Part shown: in pieces, positions 1-8,697 of the stretch
How positions within the stretch are numbered: position 1 is the first letter of the stretch
How the letters are laid out: every line of letters starts with the position of its first letter
DNA from: a bacterium
GTDB taxonomy: Bacteria > Zixibacteria > MSB-5A5 > WJJR01
Assembly: GCA_035559435.1 (NCBI GenBank)
Contig: DATMBC010000055.1
Span: 45,859 to 109,858, forward strand
Reading direction: 5' to 3'
DNA length: 64,000 nucleotides
Translations under genes and position numbers: made by a program
The notes under the pieces: generated by a model
Seen by the model: the letters and a program-made list of their open reading frames with translations, nothing else
Databases searched by the model: none
Told to the model about the DNA's origin: nothing

Positions 1-698
1 TGGATCTTGTCCTGATCTTGGTCGAAACGAGGGAGGAGCTTGTCAAGCAGTTTAGCGTCCCCTTCCTCGTATCTTCGATAAACCGCATAGGAGACTAGGT
101 CCGCGGCTTGGAGTAGGCGGGTAGTCTTCGAGTCCGCAAACGCTGGGGCGTCAGCGTAGTTCTTTACTCTTCCGAACTTGGTCCCTTTTCGTCGGTATTC
201 CAAAAGCAGTTTGTCCAGGTGCCCAGTGTACCGTTGCGAGTCCAAGACCATCAGACCTCGATTTCGGTCGCGTCTTTGATCTTTTTCGGCGCCCACAGGC
301 GCATTTGTCCGATTCAAGAAGGCGTCGAAGTGCCCACAGAGCTCATGAAAAGACTTCTCGACTGGATCATCATGGCCAAATGACGATTTGTGCATCGCCA
401 CTCCGAACAGCATGAGGCCTCTCGGATTCACATCAAGGATGGCTTGGCACAAATCTTGCAGTATCGCGTCGCGCATCTTGCTCTGGAACTGACGCCAAGT
501 CCCTCGACCCGCGCGAATGTTGCTTGAATGGAACTCAATCGGTGATGTCATATCAGGAAACCACTTCTCCTGCACTCGATCGAAAGACTCACTAAGGTAG
601 TATGCCTGGTTCTCATAGACAGCCACGGCTCCCATGACGAAGTACTCGCCCTGTCCCATGGCAGGTCGTCCCGATTCGTCGACGTAGAGAAGGAACAT
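1..698 (-). CDS. DUF3800-domain protein (C-terminal end runs off the window start)
   Basis: Manual minus-strand translation from ATG at 698 gives MFLLYVDESGRPAMGQGEYFVMGAVAVYENQ... and later ...TTRLLQAADLVSYAVYRRYEEGDAKLL.... These are the N-terminal YxDESG and C-terminal QxADxxxY motifs typical of DUF3800. There is no in-window stop, and the region is ~50% GC versus ~67% elsewhere. The six-frame track omitted this ORF because it has no stop in the window. Confidence 0.6.
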   Translation of the reverse strand, partial: MFLLYVDESGRPAMGQGEYFVMGAVAVYENQAYYLSESFDRVQEKWFPDMTSPIEFHSSNIRAGRGTWRQFQSKMRDAILQDLCQAILDVNPRGLMLFGVAMHKSSFGHDDPVEKSFHELCGHFDAFLNRTNAPVGAEKDQRRDRNRGLMVLDSQRYTGHLDKLLLEYRRKGTKFGRVKNYADAPAFADSKTTRLLQAADLVSYAVYRRYEEGDAKLLDKLLPRFDQDQDKI

Positions 699-902
699 AT
701 ATGGAGAATACCCCAGAGGCGGCAAACAGGGCAAAAAAAAAGCAGACCCGGTGGGCCGAGGCCCAACGAACCGCGTAAGGCAGTCCTCCGGAGTCGCTAA
801 CTACTTATTCGTACTCTTTCAGCAGAAGTTTGACTCTTTTTTAGATATCGAAGCAAATGTCGTCGCCGCGATGCTAACCAGTTGATTCACAACGCATTAC
901 TG

Positions 903-987
903 TGGTGCGCGAGGCGGGATTTGAACCCGCACGGGTTGCCCCACCACCCCCTCAAGATGGCGTGTCTGCCAATTCCACCACTCGCGC
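903..987 (-). tRNA. tRNA-Leu, anticodon GAG, type II with long variable arm, CCA encoded
   Basis: The reverse complement folds as a cloverleaf: acceptor GCGCGAG/CTCGCGC, anticodon stem CCATC/GGTGG with loop TTGAGGG (anticodon GAG), long variable arm, T-arm GCGGG-TTCAAAT-CCCGC, discriminator A and CCA. Total length is 85 nt. Confidence 0.9.
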
Positions 988-1036
988 ACGTGGTGTGTAC
1001 CGCCGCCCATCGAGGTCCACGGGCGTCACACAAGAC

Positions 1037-1492
1037 CTATCGCGGCGAATCGGTCGGATTCGGCGGCGTCTGCGCCGGCTGCTGCTGTGTCTGACCCGCC
1101 TGCTGATTCTGCTCCGGGTTCAACTGGTCAATCGGCGTCGGCTGGGTCGTCGCCGGCTGCGTCTGATCGGTTGTGGTCGTCGCGGGCGCCACAGGCGGCA
1201 ACTGGCTGGCCGCCTCCTGCACCGCGCTCTCGCCCTGCAGACCGCCAGTGGCGGTGCTGGTCGAGGGATTCAGAAACGACAGGACCAGCGCCGAGGCGAA
1301 AAACGAGATCGCCAGCACCGTGGTCGCCTTGGCCAGGAAGGTCGCCGCTCCACGGCCGCCGAAGACCGTGCCGGTCATCCCGCCGCCCCCGAAGGCGCCG
1401 GCGAGACCCTCGCCCTTGGCCGACTGCAACAGGACCGAAATGATCAAGCCCACGCAGATCAGAAGATGAATGCCGATGAAGATTCCGTACAC
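1037..1492 (-). CDS. secG: preprotein translocase subunit SecG with a Pro/Thr/Gln-rich C-terminal extension
   Basis: The N-terminus MYGIFIGIHLLICVGLIISVLLQSAKGEGLAGAFGGGG...TVFGGRGAATFLAKATTVLAISFFASALVLS matches the SecG two-TM pattern. The secG-tRNA-Leu neighbourhood is classic. Confidence 0.85.
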   Translation of the reverse strand: MYGIFIGIHLLICVGLIISVLLQSAKGEGLAGAFGGGGMTGTVFGGRGAATFLAKATTVLAISFFASALVLSFLNPSTSTATGGLQGESAVQEAASQLPPVAPATTTTDQTQPATTQPTPIDQLNPEQNQQAGQTQQQPAQTPPNPTDSPR

Positions 1493-1573
1493 ACGACCTC
1501 CAATTGTTCCTCAGTCCCACTGGCAAGCAAAAAAGCAGATTCCTCGCTTCGCTCGGAATGACTCTGCAATCCT

Positions 1574-2332
1574 CTAAACCGCGGCACGGATGATGGCGTC
1601 GAACTCGTCGGCGATAAGCGATGCGCCGCCGACCAGCGCGCCATCAATGTCCGGATCCGCCAACAATCCCTTCGCGTTGTCCGCCTTCACCGAGCCGCCA
1701 TACTGGATCCGTGCACGCTCACCCACGGTTGCGCCAAATCGCTGCGCCAGCCAATGGCGGATGAACCGGTGCATTTCGCCGGCCTGGGCCACCGTCGCGA
1801 CCTTGCCGGTGCCGATCGCCCACACTGGTTCATAGGCGATCGTGACTTTCTCCATCTGCGCTTCGGTCAGGTCCTTCAGGCCGCCGGCCAACTGCCGCTC
1901 GACCACCTGCTCGGTCTGGCCCGACTCGCGTTCTTCCAGAGTTTCACCGACGCAGACAATCGGCCCAAGCCCGGCGGTCAACGCCGCCTGGACCTTGCGA
2001 TTGACCCCCGCATCGGTCTCGCCGAACAACTGCCGCCGTTCGGAGTGTCCCAAGATAACCAATTGGCAGCCAACCGTCAACAGCATGCCCGCCGAGATTT
2101 CCCCGGTGAACGCTCCCGAGGCCGCCTCATGCATGTTCTGCGCCCCCAACATGATGCGGCTGCCGCGCAGGTAGTCGGCGGCCGGATATAACGACACATA
2201 AGGGGGGAAGATCGCCACATCGGCATGCTTCCAGCCCGCTTCCCGCTTGTGGAGCGCCGCGCACAACTGCATCGTGGTCGGGACATCCCCGTTCATCTTC
2301 CAGTTGCCGGCGATAAATGGTTTCCGGGTCAT
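1574..2332 (-). CDS. tpiA: triosephosphate isomerase
   Basis: [15 protein letters not shown]..., [16 protein letters not shown] and GGSVKADNA are TIM signatures. Length is 252 aa. Confidence 0.95.
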   Translation of the reverse strand: MTRKPFIAGNWKMNGDVPTTMQLCAALHKREAGWKHADVAIFPPYVSLYPAADYLRGSRIMLGAQNMHEAASGAFTGEISAGMLLTVGCQLVILGHSERRQLFGETDAGVNRKVQAALTAGLGPIVCVGETLEERESGQTEQVVERQLAGGLKDLTEAQMEKVTIAYEPVWAIGTGKVATVAQAGEMHRFIRHWLAQRFGATVGERARIQYGGSVKADNAKGLLADPDIDGALVGGASLIADEFDAIIRAAV

Positions 2333-2416
2333 ATCAGCCCTGATGGGCGCCTACGCCTCCGGCGCGCGCCGTGATGTGGTCATGCCCGTGCGCTGTCGCC
2401 GTGCGGCCCGCGCGCC

Positions 2417-3616
2417 CTATTTGTCATTGAGCGCCGCCACTCCGGGCAGGATCTTGCCTTCGAGAAACTCCAGCGAGGCACCGCCGCCGGTCGAGATGTG
2501 TGAGATGTGCTCGGCGACACCGGCCTGATGCACCGCCGCCACCGAATCGCCACCGCCGACCACGGAGATCGCGCCACGGTCGGTGGCATGCGCCACCGCT
2601 TGTGCGACGGCCTTGGTGCCTTCATCGTATGGGGGCGTCTCGAAGACCCCCATCGGGCCGTTCCAAAAGATTGTCCCGGCTTGGCTGAGCACGTCGTCGA
2701 AGTCCTTGATCGTGTGCGGGCCGATGTCGTATCCGGCCATGTCGTCAGGAATCGACTCGACGGCAACGATCTGGTGCATCGCCTCCGGTGTCAGGTCGGC
2801 CGCCACCACACAATCCCACGGGAGAATGATCCGACGGCCGTCTTTCTCGGCGTCGCGGAGAATCCCTTTGGCGGTGTCCACCAGGTCCTCTTCGACCAGC
2901 GATTTGCCGACCGGTTTGCCCTGCGCCTTGAGGAAGGTGAACGCCATCCCGCCACCGATGAGAAACGTGTCCACCGTCTTCATCAGATTGGTCAACACCT
3001 CGAGTTTTCCCGAGACTTTGGCGCCACCGAGGATCGCGACGAGTGGCCGCTTCGGATTGGTCAGCAGACGTCCCAGATAATCGAGTTCCTTTTCCATCAG
3101 GTAGCCCGCGACGGCGGTGCGGAGGAACTTGGTCACACCCTCGGTTGAGGCGTGCGCCCGATGCGCGCTGCCGAAAGCGTCGTTCACGTATATTTCGGCG
3201 CAGGCGGCCAGACGACGCGCAAACTCGGGGTCGTTCTTTTCCTCGGCGGCGTGGAAACGGACATTCTCCAGCAGGCAGATGTCGCCGTCGTTGAGGATGC
3301 GGCAGCAGTTCTCGGGTTTAAGACCGATGCAATCTTCGGAAAACCCGACCGGCCGGCCGATCAGGCGGCTGAAATGCTCGGCGACCGGGCGGAGGGAATA
3401 CTTCGGATCGGGCCCATTCTTGGGACGCCCCAAATGCGAGACCAGGATGACCCGTGCCCCGGCGTCGACCAGCCGACGGACCGTCGGCAGCGCCGCCACC
3501 AGCCGCGTGTCATCGGTGACTTTGCCGTCCTTGATCGGCACATTGAAATCGACGCGCACCAGGACCCGCTTGCCGCGCACCTGCCCGATAATGTCATCAA
3601 TGGTCTTCTTGTTCAT
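2417..3616 (-). CDS. pgk: phosphoglycerate kinase
   Basis: [39 protein letters not shown]... gives a 399-aa product. The track ORF has a spurious 66-aa N-terminal extension, so the start was trimmed to the conserved MNKK. Confidence 0.95.
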   Translation of the reverse strand: MNKKTIDDIIGQVRGKRVLVRVDFNVPIKDGKVTDDTRLVAALPTVRRLVDAGARVILVSHLGRPKNGPDPKYSLRPVAEHFSRLIGRPVGFSEDCIGLKPENCCRILNDGDICLLENVRFHAAEEKNDPEFARRLAACAEIYVNDAFGSAHRAHASTEGVTKFLRTAVAGYLMEKELDYLGRLLTNPKRPLVAILGGAKVSGKLEVLTNLMKTVDTFLIGGGMAFTFLKAQGKPVGKSLVEEDLVDTAKGILRDAEKDGRRIILPWDCVVAADLTPEAMHQIVAVESIPDDMAGYDIGPHTIKDFDDVLSQAGTIFWNGPMGVFETPPYDEGTKAVAQAVAHATDRGAISVVGGGDSVAAVHQAGVAEHISHISTGGGASLEFLEGKILPGVAALNDK

Positions 3617-3656
3617 CAGTCTCTCTTCAATCGCCAATCGCCGATCGTCAATCGCC

Positions 3657-4652
3657 TCAATCGTGCATCCGCGCCAGCATCTCCACCACACGGCAGGAGA
3701 AGCCCCACTCGTTGTCGTACCACGAGAACACCTTGACCAGATTGCCGTTGGCGCGCGTCTCCCTGGCGTCGAAAATCGAGGAGTGCGGATCGCCCACAAT
3801 GTCCATCGAGACAATCGGGTCCTCGCAGTAGTAGAGGATGCCCTTCATGGGACCCTCGGCGGCTTTCTTCATCGCCGCGTTGATCCCTTCCGCCGTCGCC
3901 GGTTTGGCGGTGACACAAGTCAAGTCAACCAGCGACCCATCCGGCACCGGGGCGCGCACCGCCACGCCGTCGAGTTTGCCTTCCAGCTGCGGCAGGACCA
4001 GGCCGATGGCCTTGGCCGCGCCGGTCGAGGTGGGGATGAGCGACATGGCCGCGGCACGGGCCCGGCGCAGGTCCTTGTGCGGCAGATCGAGAATGCGCTG
4101 GTCGTTGGTGTAGGCGTGCACCGTGGTCATGTATCCCGACACGATGCCGTATTCAGCATCCAGCACCTTGGCCACCGGCGCCAGACAGTTGGTCGTGCAG
4201 GAGCCGATCGAAATGACCATGTGCTTTTTGGGATCGTAGTCCTTGTCGTTGACGCCGATCACGAAGGTGCCGTCGACCTTCTTGGCCGGCGCGGAGATGA
4301 GCACGCGCCTGGCGCCGGCGGTCAGGTGCGCCGCGGCCTTCTCACGATCGGTGAACAGCCCTGTCGACTCGAGCACCGTCTCGGCGCCCAGTTCCTTCCA
4401 CGGCAACTTTGTGGGATCCTTTTCGGCGGTCACCTTGATACGCTTGGCGCCGACCACCAGCGCGTCACCGTCGGCCTTCACGGCCACGTCGAGACGGCGA
4501 TGGATGGAGTCGTACTTGAGCAGGTGCGCCATCGTCGGGGCGTCGCAGATGTCGTTGATGCCGACAATGTCAATCTGCGGATTGTTCATCGCCGCGCGGT
4601 ACACCAACCGTCCGATACGTCCGAATCCATTGATCCCCACTTTGATTGCCAT
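3657..4652 (-). CDS. gap: glyceraldehyde-3-phosphate dehydrogenase
   Basis: [21 protein letters not shown]... and SCTTNCLAP are present, with a 331-aa product. The track ORF extension was trimmed. Confidence 0.95.
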   Translation of the reverse strand: MAIKVGINGFGRIGRLVYRAAMNNPQIDIVGINDICDAPTMAHLLKYDSIHRRLDVAVKADGDALVVGAKRIKVTAEKDPTKLPWKELGAETVLESTGLFTDREKAAAHLTAGARRVLISAPAKKVDGTFVIGVNDKDYDPKKHMVISIGSCTTNCLAPVAKVLDAEYGIVSGYMTTVHAYTNDQRILDLPHKDLRRARAAAMSLIPTSTGAAKAIGLVLPQLEGKLDGVAVRAPVPDGSLVDLTCVTAKPATAEGINAAMKKAAEGPMKGILYYCEDPIVSMDIVGDPHSSIFDARETRANGNLVKVFSWYDNEWGFSCRVVEMLARMHD

Positions 4653-4723
4653 AGTTCCTCCGACTCCTTTTGGGATGTGATGTGCGGCAGGTCCGACCGC
4701 GATCTGCGCGGGCCACAACGCGG

Positions 4724-5419
4724 CTAACGATACATGTAGGCGGCTCCGATGAGCACCATGGTTCCCGAGTAGTCTTTGACACCGAATAACTCTTTGTCGA
4801 ACTTGGCGCGTTGATATTTGACCGTCCCGGTCAGGCAGAACGACGGCGACAGGACCAGATTGGCCCCGGCGCCAAAGTAGTACCCCAGCGCCGTGCGCGA
4901 TTCGGTGTCGAACCCGATCAGATTCGACCGCGCCAGATTGATCTCAAACAGCTCGGTCCCGACCACGAGCGACCCGCCGGCGCGCAACGAGGGCTGGAGC
5001 TTCTGTTGCGTCCGTTTGGCCATGGGGTAGAGGATGATGCCGGCGCTGAGCGGATAGATGGTCGCATCGCCGAAGATGTCCTCCTCGCCGGTCCGCACCC
5101 GCAAATCGCCGCGGTTGATCGCGCCGATGCTGAAGTCGAGATTGAGAATGCCCGTCATGTGGGGCTGGTAGAAAAACTCGAGATGGAAGGCGGTGTTGGA
5201 CGCATCGAGACGGGCGTTGGGTTCGGTGATCTCGTTGCCCAGATCGCTGGTGAACCATGGCCCCAGTTGCCCGCCGACCAGCGCCTTGCCCCACTGGCCC
5301 GGTGTCGGCTCCTGGCGCGCTTCCTTCGGTACGCCCATCGGTTGCGCCGCCAGCGGCCCGGCCATAAGCAGTGCCGCCAGCACGGCCGTCATCAACGCGA
5401 TCCCTGAGATTTTGATCAC
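4724..5419 (-). CDS. hypothetical secreted / outer-membrane beta-barrel-like protein
   Basis: The N-terminal signal peptide is MIKISGIALMTAVLAALLMAGPLAAQ. Alternating hydrophobic beta-strand patterns are present, and the C-terminus is ...GAAYMYR. Confidence 0.45.
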   Translation of the reverse strand: MIKISGIALMTAVLAALLMAGPLAAQPMGVPKEARQEPTPGQWGKALVGGQLGPWFTSDLGNEITEPNARLDASNTAFHLEFFYQPHMTGILNLDFSIGAINRGDLRVRTGEEDIFGDATIYPLSAGIILYPMAKRTQQKLQPSLRAGGSLVVGTELFEINLARSNLIGFDTESRTALGYYFGAGANLVLSPSFCLTGTVKYQRAKFDKELFGVKDYSGTMVLIGAAYMYR

Positions 5420-5434
5420 ACCCGCTCCTTGTTG

Positions 5435-6187
5435 TTACCGCACCCGCAGCGTCACGCCCACCGACGCCCACAGGCTCGACAGATCGAAGTTGCCATCGTC
5501 GCTGTAATTCAGATCGCTGAGACGGTAGGCGATGTCACCCACCAGCCCGAACCGGCCGCTCAGGTAGTATTCGCCGCCGGCGCCGATCAGAAAGCCCAGC
5601 GCCGCCTTGGTTCCCTCGGAATACACGCTCCGCCCCAGGCGCGGGTGGATGTTGCTGGGTTGTTCGCTGGCAATCAGCACCGAGATTCCGCCGCGGGCGT
5701 AGATGTTGTGCGGATGAGCCGCTGTGCCCAACTCATGGATCGCCCGCGCCCCAAGAAACAGCGGGATGAAATCGACACGGCCGTCGCCGAACAGGATTTT
5801 GCTGGCCTGCGATGTGTCCCCCTTGGGGTCCACCGGTGTTATCGGCGGTTCCTCCTGTATCCCATCGACCTGAACGTCATTACGTTGGGCAAATCCCGCC
5901 CCAATCTCGACCCACCAGATCCCCTTAACGTTAAAAAGCCCGTAGAGTTCGAGGAAGGGGGCTATCTGTCCGTCTTCTTCGACCGCGGCGCGGTAGAGCG
6001 TGTCGGGATCTTCGTGGAAATACACGTATCCGAGCGATCCGGCGATGTCCTGTTGCGGCCAGGCGCCGACACGCACCCCGAAACGGTCCCCTTGGCGCTG
6101 CGCTGACGCGGCGGCGGGACACGCCAGTAACGCGATGATCGCGGCCATCGCCGCCAGCCCGATGTGGATCCCTCTCCGACCGCGCAT
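5435..6187 (-). CDS. hypothetical secreted / outer-membrane beta-barrel-like protein, similar architecture to the 4724-5419 product
   Basis: A signal-peptide-like segment MRGRRGIHIGLAAMAAIIALLACPAAASAQ is followed by beta-rich sequence. The start was chosen at the internal Met (6187) so that the gene does not overlap pfp. Confidence 0.4.
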   Translation of the reverse strand: MRGRRGIHIGLAAMAAIIALLACPAAASAQRQGDRFGVRVGAWPQQDIAGSLGYVYFHEDPDTLYRAAVEEDGQIAPFLELYGLFNVKGIWWVEIGAGFAQRNDVQVDGIQEEPPITPVDPKGDTSQASKILFGDGRVDFIPLFLGARAIHELGTAAHPHNIYARGGISVLIASEQPSNIHPRLGRSVYSEGTKAALGFLIGAGGEYYLSGRFGLVGDIAYRLSDLNYSDDGNFDLSSLWASVGVTLRVR

Positions 6188-6203
6188 CCGTGCCTCGCTT
6201 TCG

Positions 6204-7265
6204 TTATCCGAAGAAATAGGCGGCTTCCTCAAACAGTTCCGGTGGCACTGTCCTGGTCTTGCCCGCCACCTCGGCGAGAGGAACCGAGGTGATCTGGTTA
6301 TTGCGGAATGTCACCATGCGCCCGAACTGGCCCTGTTCGATCAGGCGCACGCCGTGCAATCCGAATCGGGTGCACATGTAGCGATCCAGAGCCGTCGGCG
6401 ATCCGCCGCGCTGCACATGGCCGAGGATAACCTCGCGCGTCTCGTAGCCGGTGCGGGCCTCGATCTCGCGCGCCAGGACCTGCCCGATACCGCCGAGACG
6501 CACATGCCCAAACTCGTCGATTTCGCTGTCCTGCGTCACGAGCTTGCCCTCGCCGCCCTTGCCGTTGGCTTTGGTCAACGAGGCGCCTTCGGCCGCCACC
6601 ACTATCGACCAGTCCTTGCCGCCCTCATGGCGACGGGTGATGAGCGCGCACAACTCATCGATGTTCGTCGGGCGCTCCGGTATCAAAATCGCGTCGGCGC
6701 CGCCGGCGATTCCCCCTTGCAGGGCGATCCAGCCCGCGTGACGGCCCATCACCTCAACCACCATCACGCGCTTGTGCGATTCGGTGGTGGTGCGCACGCG
6801 ATCGATCGCATCCACGACCGTGTTGACCGCCGTGTCGAACCCGAAGCAGTAGTCAGTGCCGGCCAGATCGTTGTCGATGGTCTTGGGCACGCCGACGATC
6901 GGAATGCCGTTCTCGAACAGGGCATGCGCGACCCCCTGCGTATCCTCGCCACCGATGGCGATGATCCCATCCAGACCCAGACTCTTGACCGTCTGCTTGG
7001 CCTGGTCGATGCCGCCTTCCTTTTTGACCGGATTGGTGCGCGAGGTCTTCAGGATCGTCCCGCCCTGACCAATGATGCCCGAGACTTCCCGCAGTGCGAT
7101 CGGACGGGTGGAGCCGCCCTTGAGCAGTCCCTTCCAGCCGTCGAGAATGCCGGTAACCTGCCAGCGATTGTGCTTGATGGCCTTGACCACAATGGCGCGA
7201 ATGACCGCGTTTAACCCCGGGGCATCGCCGCCGGACGTCAGTATCCCTATGTGCTTGGATTCCAA
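6204..7265 (-). CDS. pfp: 6-phosphofructokinase, with residue signature of the PPi-dependent type
   Basis: GILTSGGDAPGLNAVIRA marks the Pfk family. The motif is GGEDT rather than GGDGS, and PKTIDND rather than PGTIDND (Asp and Lys at the E. coli G104 and G124 equivalents). Confidence 0.8.
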   Translation of the reverse strand: MESKHIGILTSGGDAPGLNAVIRAIVVKAIKHNRWQVTGILDGWKGLLKGGSTRPIALREVSGIIGQGGTILKTSRTNPVKKEGGIDQAKQTVKSLGLDGIIAIGGEDTQGVAHALFENGIPIVGVPKTIDNDLAGTDYCFGFDTAVNTVVDAIDRVRTTTESHKRVMVVEVMGRHAGWIALQGGIAGGADAILIPERPTNIDELCALITRRHEGGKDWSIVVAAEGASLTKANGKGGEGKLVTQDSEIDEFGHVRLGGIGQVLAREIEARTGYETREVILGHVQRGGSPTALDRYMCTRFGLHGVRLIEQGQFGRMVTFRNNQITSVPLAEVAGKTRTVPPELFEEAAYFFG

Positions 7266-7413
7266 GTGAGTTTCCGTCCTTCCCCTCGTCGGTGAATACC
7301 GGCGAGAGGCCCAAGTATGCCCGCCTGACCAGTGAAGTCAAGAAAGGCGAGAATCAGACCTGTCTAAAACCTGGTCATGCAACCCTTTTATCGACAGGCA
7401 ATTACGGCGGATT

Positions 7414-7839
7414 TCACCGTCCTGCCAACTGCCGCCTCAGCCCCTCCAAATCTCCCAGAACCCAGCCCTTAGTGATTCGTCCCGACTGGACCGAGAAGAA
7501 GGCAGCACCCGCGTATCGAATCGGTCGGCCCGTTGCCGGAAATCCAAAGATCGGGCCGCTGTGCGTGCCACTGTAAGTCAGCCGGACAGCCGCCCGGTCG
7601 TTGTCAACGATGAGCTCGTCGATCGTATTATGGAAGTCCGGAAAGGCCGCGCGCACCTGCTCCATGTACCGACGGAACCCTTCCTGACCGACGACGTCCG
7701 TTCCCAGCGACCCGCGAAAGACAAGAGCCGGATCGATCAGCGCCGGTATGAGGTCCCAACGCCACTGATTCCACAGTTCGTGGTAGTATCGCTCGATGAT
7801 TGTCGCGGCGGCGTCCATTGCCAATCCATTGCCGGTCAT
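7414..7839 (-). CDS. SnoaL-like / ester-cyclase family protein (NTF2 fold)
   Basis: ...AATIIERYYHELWNQWRWDLIPALIDPALVFRGSLG...GQEGFRRYMEQVRAAFPDF...DELIVDNDRAAVRLTYSGTH... is present. The start is uncertain: Met at 7839 or 7815. Confidence 0.6.
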   Translation of the reverse strand: MTGNGLAMDAAATIIERYYHELWNQWRWDLIPALIDPALVFRGSLGTDVVGQEGFRRYMEQVRAAFPDFHNTIDELIVDNDRAAVRLTYSGTHSGPIFGFPATGRPIRYAGAAFFSVQSGRITKGWVLGDLEGLRRQLAGR

Positions 7840-8159
7840 CCGGCGTTGGTGGTGCACGATATGGCAATTGACCTGAGGATAAAAAAGAATTTCCCTGCCG
7901 CCGGCGACGGGACCGTCCGTGGTAGTTGACCGGCGGCAGGGTGGTGAGGGAACGTTTCGCTCCCCCGAAGACACGCCCGGAACGGGCTCCCCGTGTTCCG
8001 CATCAACAAATGTCGTGCCGAACAAGACCCATCATGCACAATTCTGCGATTGATCGCTGGGAATCCCTCTAACTGCATGAATGCCAGTCAGAGGATTGCG
8101 CTCAGTTCTCGAGAGGAGTCCATGGATCGGACCCGTAGCGCGCAGAAACCCACGCCGGA

Positions 8160-8199
8160 GTGCGTAGTGCTACGCACCCCGTGCGAAGCGCTACGCAGC
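8160..8199. promoter_or_regulatory. two tandem imperfect palindromes, GTGCGTAG-NN-CTACGCAC and GTGCGAAGCGCTACGCAG (operator-like), in a divergent intergenic region
   Basis: 8160-8177 has perfect 8-bp inverted arms around a 2-nt centre. A degenerate second copy lies at 8181-8199. They sit between divergent genes at 7839 (-) and 8389 (+). Confidence 0.3.
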
Positions 8200-8388
8200 C
8201 GCAAGCGTTCTTCCACGCACCGGCCGGCCCGTCGGCAGCCGCCACGGGCGCCCGCGGAGGCTTGACAAAAACGGGAAAGCCCATTTACTGGATGATGGCA
8301 CCCTTGCATCCATAATTTACGGACCCTTCATACCGCAAATCATTGTCTGCACAGTGGTAGGTGCAGCGTCGACATTACACCTGATCCA

Positions 8389-8697
8389 GTGAGGTACGCC
8401 ATGAACAGGATGCTCCTACGAGTCATGCTCGTGTCGCTTCTGTGCGCGCTTTTGGTCGCGCCGGCGGCTTGGGCACGCAATCGCAAGACCATCACCGTGC
8501 GGCGGGGCCACCCGGCGGGTGACACCGGCCGGCTCACCGCGGCGGTGTCCGCGCCCACGGCATCGACCGGCATTGTTGTGCTGCGTTTTGGCCTGGGACT
8601 GTCCCAGTCCTATGTCTTCCGTCTGGACCTCTCCGGCCAGCACCTGTCCGGGTCGCATTCCCAGCAACTTCCCTCGACCAAGACTGGAGCGCGCTAA
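8389..8697 (+). CDS. small secreted hypothetical protein (signal peptide), translationally coupled to the downstream activator
   Basis: MNRMLLRVMLVSLLCALLVAPAAWA is a signal peptide. The stop TAA overlaps the downstream ATG as TAATGG at 8695-8699. Confidence 0.4.
   Translation: MRYAMNRMLLRVMLVSLLCALLVAPAAWARNRKTITVRRGHPAGDTGRLTAAVSAPTASTGIVVLRFGLGLSQSYVFRLDLSGQHLSGSHSQQLPSTKTGAR

Noticed and set aside
61-120. Apparent premature stop or frameshift in the DUF3800 gene during first-pass manual translation.
   Set aside because: This was a transcription slip on my side. Re-deriving the reverse complement (ccgcctactcc...) keeps the frame open through ...TTRLLQAADLVSYAVYRRYEE.... There is no evidence for a pseudogene.
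882-1561. Plus-strand ORFs (882-1094, 902-1561, 1087-1443, 1173-1469) overlapping tRNA-Leu and secG.
   Set aside because: They overlap a tRNA and the antisense strand of secG. They are Arg/Pro-rich low-complexity translations.
2417-3814. Long N-terminal extensions in track ORFs for pgk (465 aa) and several others, including gap (353 aa), ssb (177 aa), tmk (270 aa), holA (375 aa), rnr (738 aa), lptF (466 aa), pirin (364 aa) and the 50184-51665 ORF (493 aa).
   Set aside because: The conserved protein N-termini ([31 protein letters not shown] and so on) begin at internal Met codons, often with a nearby Shine-Dalgarno sequence. The upstream extensions are open-frame artefacts of high GC and were trimmed.
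3117-4727. 536-aa plus-strand ORF antisense to gap and pgk. Similar long antisense ORFs include 12003-13236 (minus), 13253-14533 (minus), 20696-22192 (minus), 23554-24942 (minus), 40887-42149 (minus), 46440-47495 (minus), 51754-52740 (minus), 56814-58331 (minus), 60261-61145 (minus) and 62398-63411 (minus).
   Set aside because: They lie exactly opposite strongly supported conserved genes. Their composition is Arg/Ala/Gly-rich and low-complexity, typical of stop-codon-poor shadow frames in ~67% GC DNA. No recognisable domain motifs were found.
8280-8300. TGGCACccttGCAT resembling a sigma-54 -24/-12 element upstream of the small secreted protein and TPR-EBP operon.
   Set aside because: The GG-to-GC spacing is 7 nt rather than the required 10 nt. 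It cannot be a functional sigma-54 promoter as written.
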